From a virus (Duplodnaviria; Caudoviricetes): 59,809 nt of DNA. Made by a program: the position numbers and the translations under genes. The DNA lies in IMG/VR virus record IMGVR_UViG_3300020261_000002, positions 1-59,809 of that record; one strand, given 5' to 3'. Numbering within the stretch: the first letter of the stretch is position 1; every line of letters starts with the position of its first letter. A model generated the notes under the pieces. It was not told where the DNA came from and did not search any database. It saw only the letters and a program-made list of their open reading frames with translations. Positions 58,378-59,809 of this stretch are shown here, piece after piece.

Positions 58378-58764
58378 TTATGTATTAGGACCAGCAGTAG
58401 AGGGTTGTGTTGGCCAGACAACATCATCAGGAGTTTTGTCTTTATAAGTTTGAGGAATATCTCTTATTACTTGTCTATATGCAGCCCACTGAGCTTGATC
58501 TACAGTTGCACCAGTTGTCATTGTCCAATCTGTATCTTTTAATATTTGATCTCTTGTAGCTCTGATACTATCCCAAGTTAATGTTTCTGTATCAGCAGCT
58601 TCGGCTGTATTTCCCTCTGCTACCCAAGCAAGGTATTCTTGGTAGTGTCTGTTAGCTTCATCAAATGGAACACTCCATACTCTTGGGTGATCATCATAAG
58701 TAATTAAAATACATTCGGTTTCAGTACCATCTATACTTTTTTTAAGTTTTGCTTTTGTAATCAT
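58378..58764 (-). CDS. tail fibre assembly chaperone
   Basis: VP.D.ANRHYQEYLAW; R..RD..L..TDW...WAAYRQ..RDIPQ. Confidence 0.8.
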   Translation of the reverse strand: MITKAKLKKSIDGTETECILITYDDHPRVWSVPFDEANRHYQEYLAWVAEGNTAEAADTETLTWDSIRATRDQILKDTDWTMTTGATVDQAQWAAYRQVIRDIPQTYKDKTPDDVVWPTQPSTAGPNT

Positions 58765-58766
58765 AA

Positions 58767-59809
58767 TTAAAGCTCCGCATCAAAGTGAATTATTCCATCA
58801 CTTGTTAATCTTATTTCCGTAGCCTGACCTGCGGTAAGGGGAGAAGTACTAATGGAAGTGCAATCTAGTCTAGTACAATATACATTTGAATTACCACCAA
58901 AACCACCAGAAGAGTACCAGGCAGCACCAGTTTTTAAAACTTGTACTTCTAATACATCATCAGTAGAAGTACTTGGCCTTGCTCTTTTTTCTACTTTAAA
59001 TTGGAAATTACCTATAACTCTAGAGGTTTCATAATTAAATCCATTTGCAACCAAAACTTCATTTCCATCATTGTAAGACGCACCTTTTACGTTTTCATAA
59101 TACCTTTGACATCTTAATAATTCATCACCGAATGACCTATGCTCAAAATCTGTTGCCACACTACCTACTTCTAATTGAAATCCCGTCATTTCTAAAGTTG
59201 CATCATTAGTTGTGTACCAAGTTGAGGTATGATCTGGTGTTTGTGTACCACCAGCATAAGCACCCCAAGCATTAAGGGATACGCCTGAATCTGTATAATC
59301 AGTCCCCATAAAAGCCATAATGGTAACTTGTAAACCTTCACCAGTATCATTATTCATAGTGATACTAGAATTACCAGGAATTGTTTTAGTTATTTTTGTC
59401 CAAGTGTCTGCACTCAATGACCCTGTTTGAAATGGATATCTTTGCTCAGTACCATCTCTTGTTCTTAAAAAGCCGAAAAAGTTTTGTGCAACACTTGATT
59501 TAATCCAAAAAGACAAAGTTATATTACTTGAACTTGATAAATAGTTCCAACCAGAATTAACAATATTTTGTGCTTCTTGTTTTAAAAATACTTGAAGTCT
59601 ATCAGCAGCACCAGCACCACTTGTTTGGTTACCGTTTGTAATCTTATAAGCAGTAGGAAATCCTAGTCCGTATGGAGTATCTCCAGTCCCTAAATTTGCT
59701 CGTCTTTGTTCAGGAGCTTCATCAGTTCCTCCAAAAGCTAAATACCATCTATCACAAGTCTGATAACCAACAGAAGTAGATGATACCCCATATTGTGCCA
59801 CTTGAAATG
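58767..59809 (-). CDS. tail fibre protein with carbohydrate-binding-like domain, partial (start beyond window)
   Basis: FQVAQ...DRW, TLSFW, QLEVG..AT.FEHR...EL.RCQRYY; frame open to the window edge. Confidence 0.82.
   Translation of the reverse strand, partial: FQVAQYGVSSTSVGYQTCDRWYLAFGGTDEAPEQRRANLGTGDTPYGLGFPTAYKITNGNQTSGAGAADRLQVFLKQEAQNIVNSGWNYLSSSSNITLSFWIKSSVAQNFFGFLRTRDGTEQRYPFQTGSLSADTWTKITKTIPGNSSITMNNDTGEGLQVTIMAFMGTDYTDSGVSLNAWGAYAGGTQTPDHTSTWYTTNDATLEMTGFQLEVGSVATDFEHRSFGDELLRCQRYYENVKGASYNDGNEVLVANGFNYETSRVIGNFQFKVEKRARPSTSTDDVLEVQVLKTGAAWYSSGGFGGNSNVYCTRLDCTSISTSPLTAGQATEIRLTSDGIIHFDAEL

Noticed and set aside
1260-59034. Many opposite-strand or off-frame ORFs in the track (e.g. 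1260, 3117, 3603, 8884, 21456, 31892, 38214, 42523, 53102, 56866, 58852)
   Set aside because: Shadows of longer, motif-bearing genes
55485-59809. Diversity-generating retroelement or invertible shufflon for the fibre tips
   Set aside because: No reverse transcriptase, recombinase, template/variable repeat pair or inverted crossover sites seen
1-59809. CRISPR array, canonical tRNA, rRNA, integrase or IS element
   Set aside because: None recognised by eye; a short degenerate element could have been missed

Overview
This is an AT-rich dsDNA cyanophage genome segment, most likely infecting a marine picocyanobacterium (Prochlorococcus-like composition; carries hli, psbN, a DUF4278-like gene and an NblA-like gene). 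Layout: minus-strand low-complexity putative virion genes (1-4.5 kb); a divergent non-coding switch (4.5-5.0 kb); a + strand early region of small acidic genes including ArdA- and ArdC-like anti-restriction genes (5-19.7 kb); a replication module with T7-like PolA, SSB-like proteins, Gp157, a PD-(D/E)XK exonuclease and a PrimPol-PriCT2-SF3 helicase (20.9-34.3 kb), interrupted by a second small-gene array; photosynthesis AMGs (34.8-35.7 kb); tail-fibre module 1 (35.7-40.7 kb); a mixed block (41-55 kb); and tail-fibre module 2 (55.5 kb to the end). No capsid, terminase, RNA polymerase, integrase, canonical tRNA or CRISPR array was recognised. Highlights: (1) a complete type II hammerhead ribozyme with pseudoknot at 6184-6248, inside an early operon where successive intergenic gaps each hold a different folded RNA followed by a shared UGUCCUUU motif; (2) an FLxx[FY] peptide motif shared by about ten unrelated minus-strand proteins, a candidate virion-targeting signal; (3) two antisense sRNA genes with their own promoters; (4) a two-unit inverted-repeat array that may be the replication origin; (5) a methyltransferase and a lysozyme with altered catalytic motifs. 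All family assignments come from motif recognition by eye; no searches were run.
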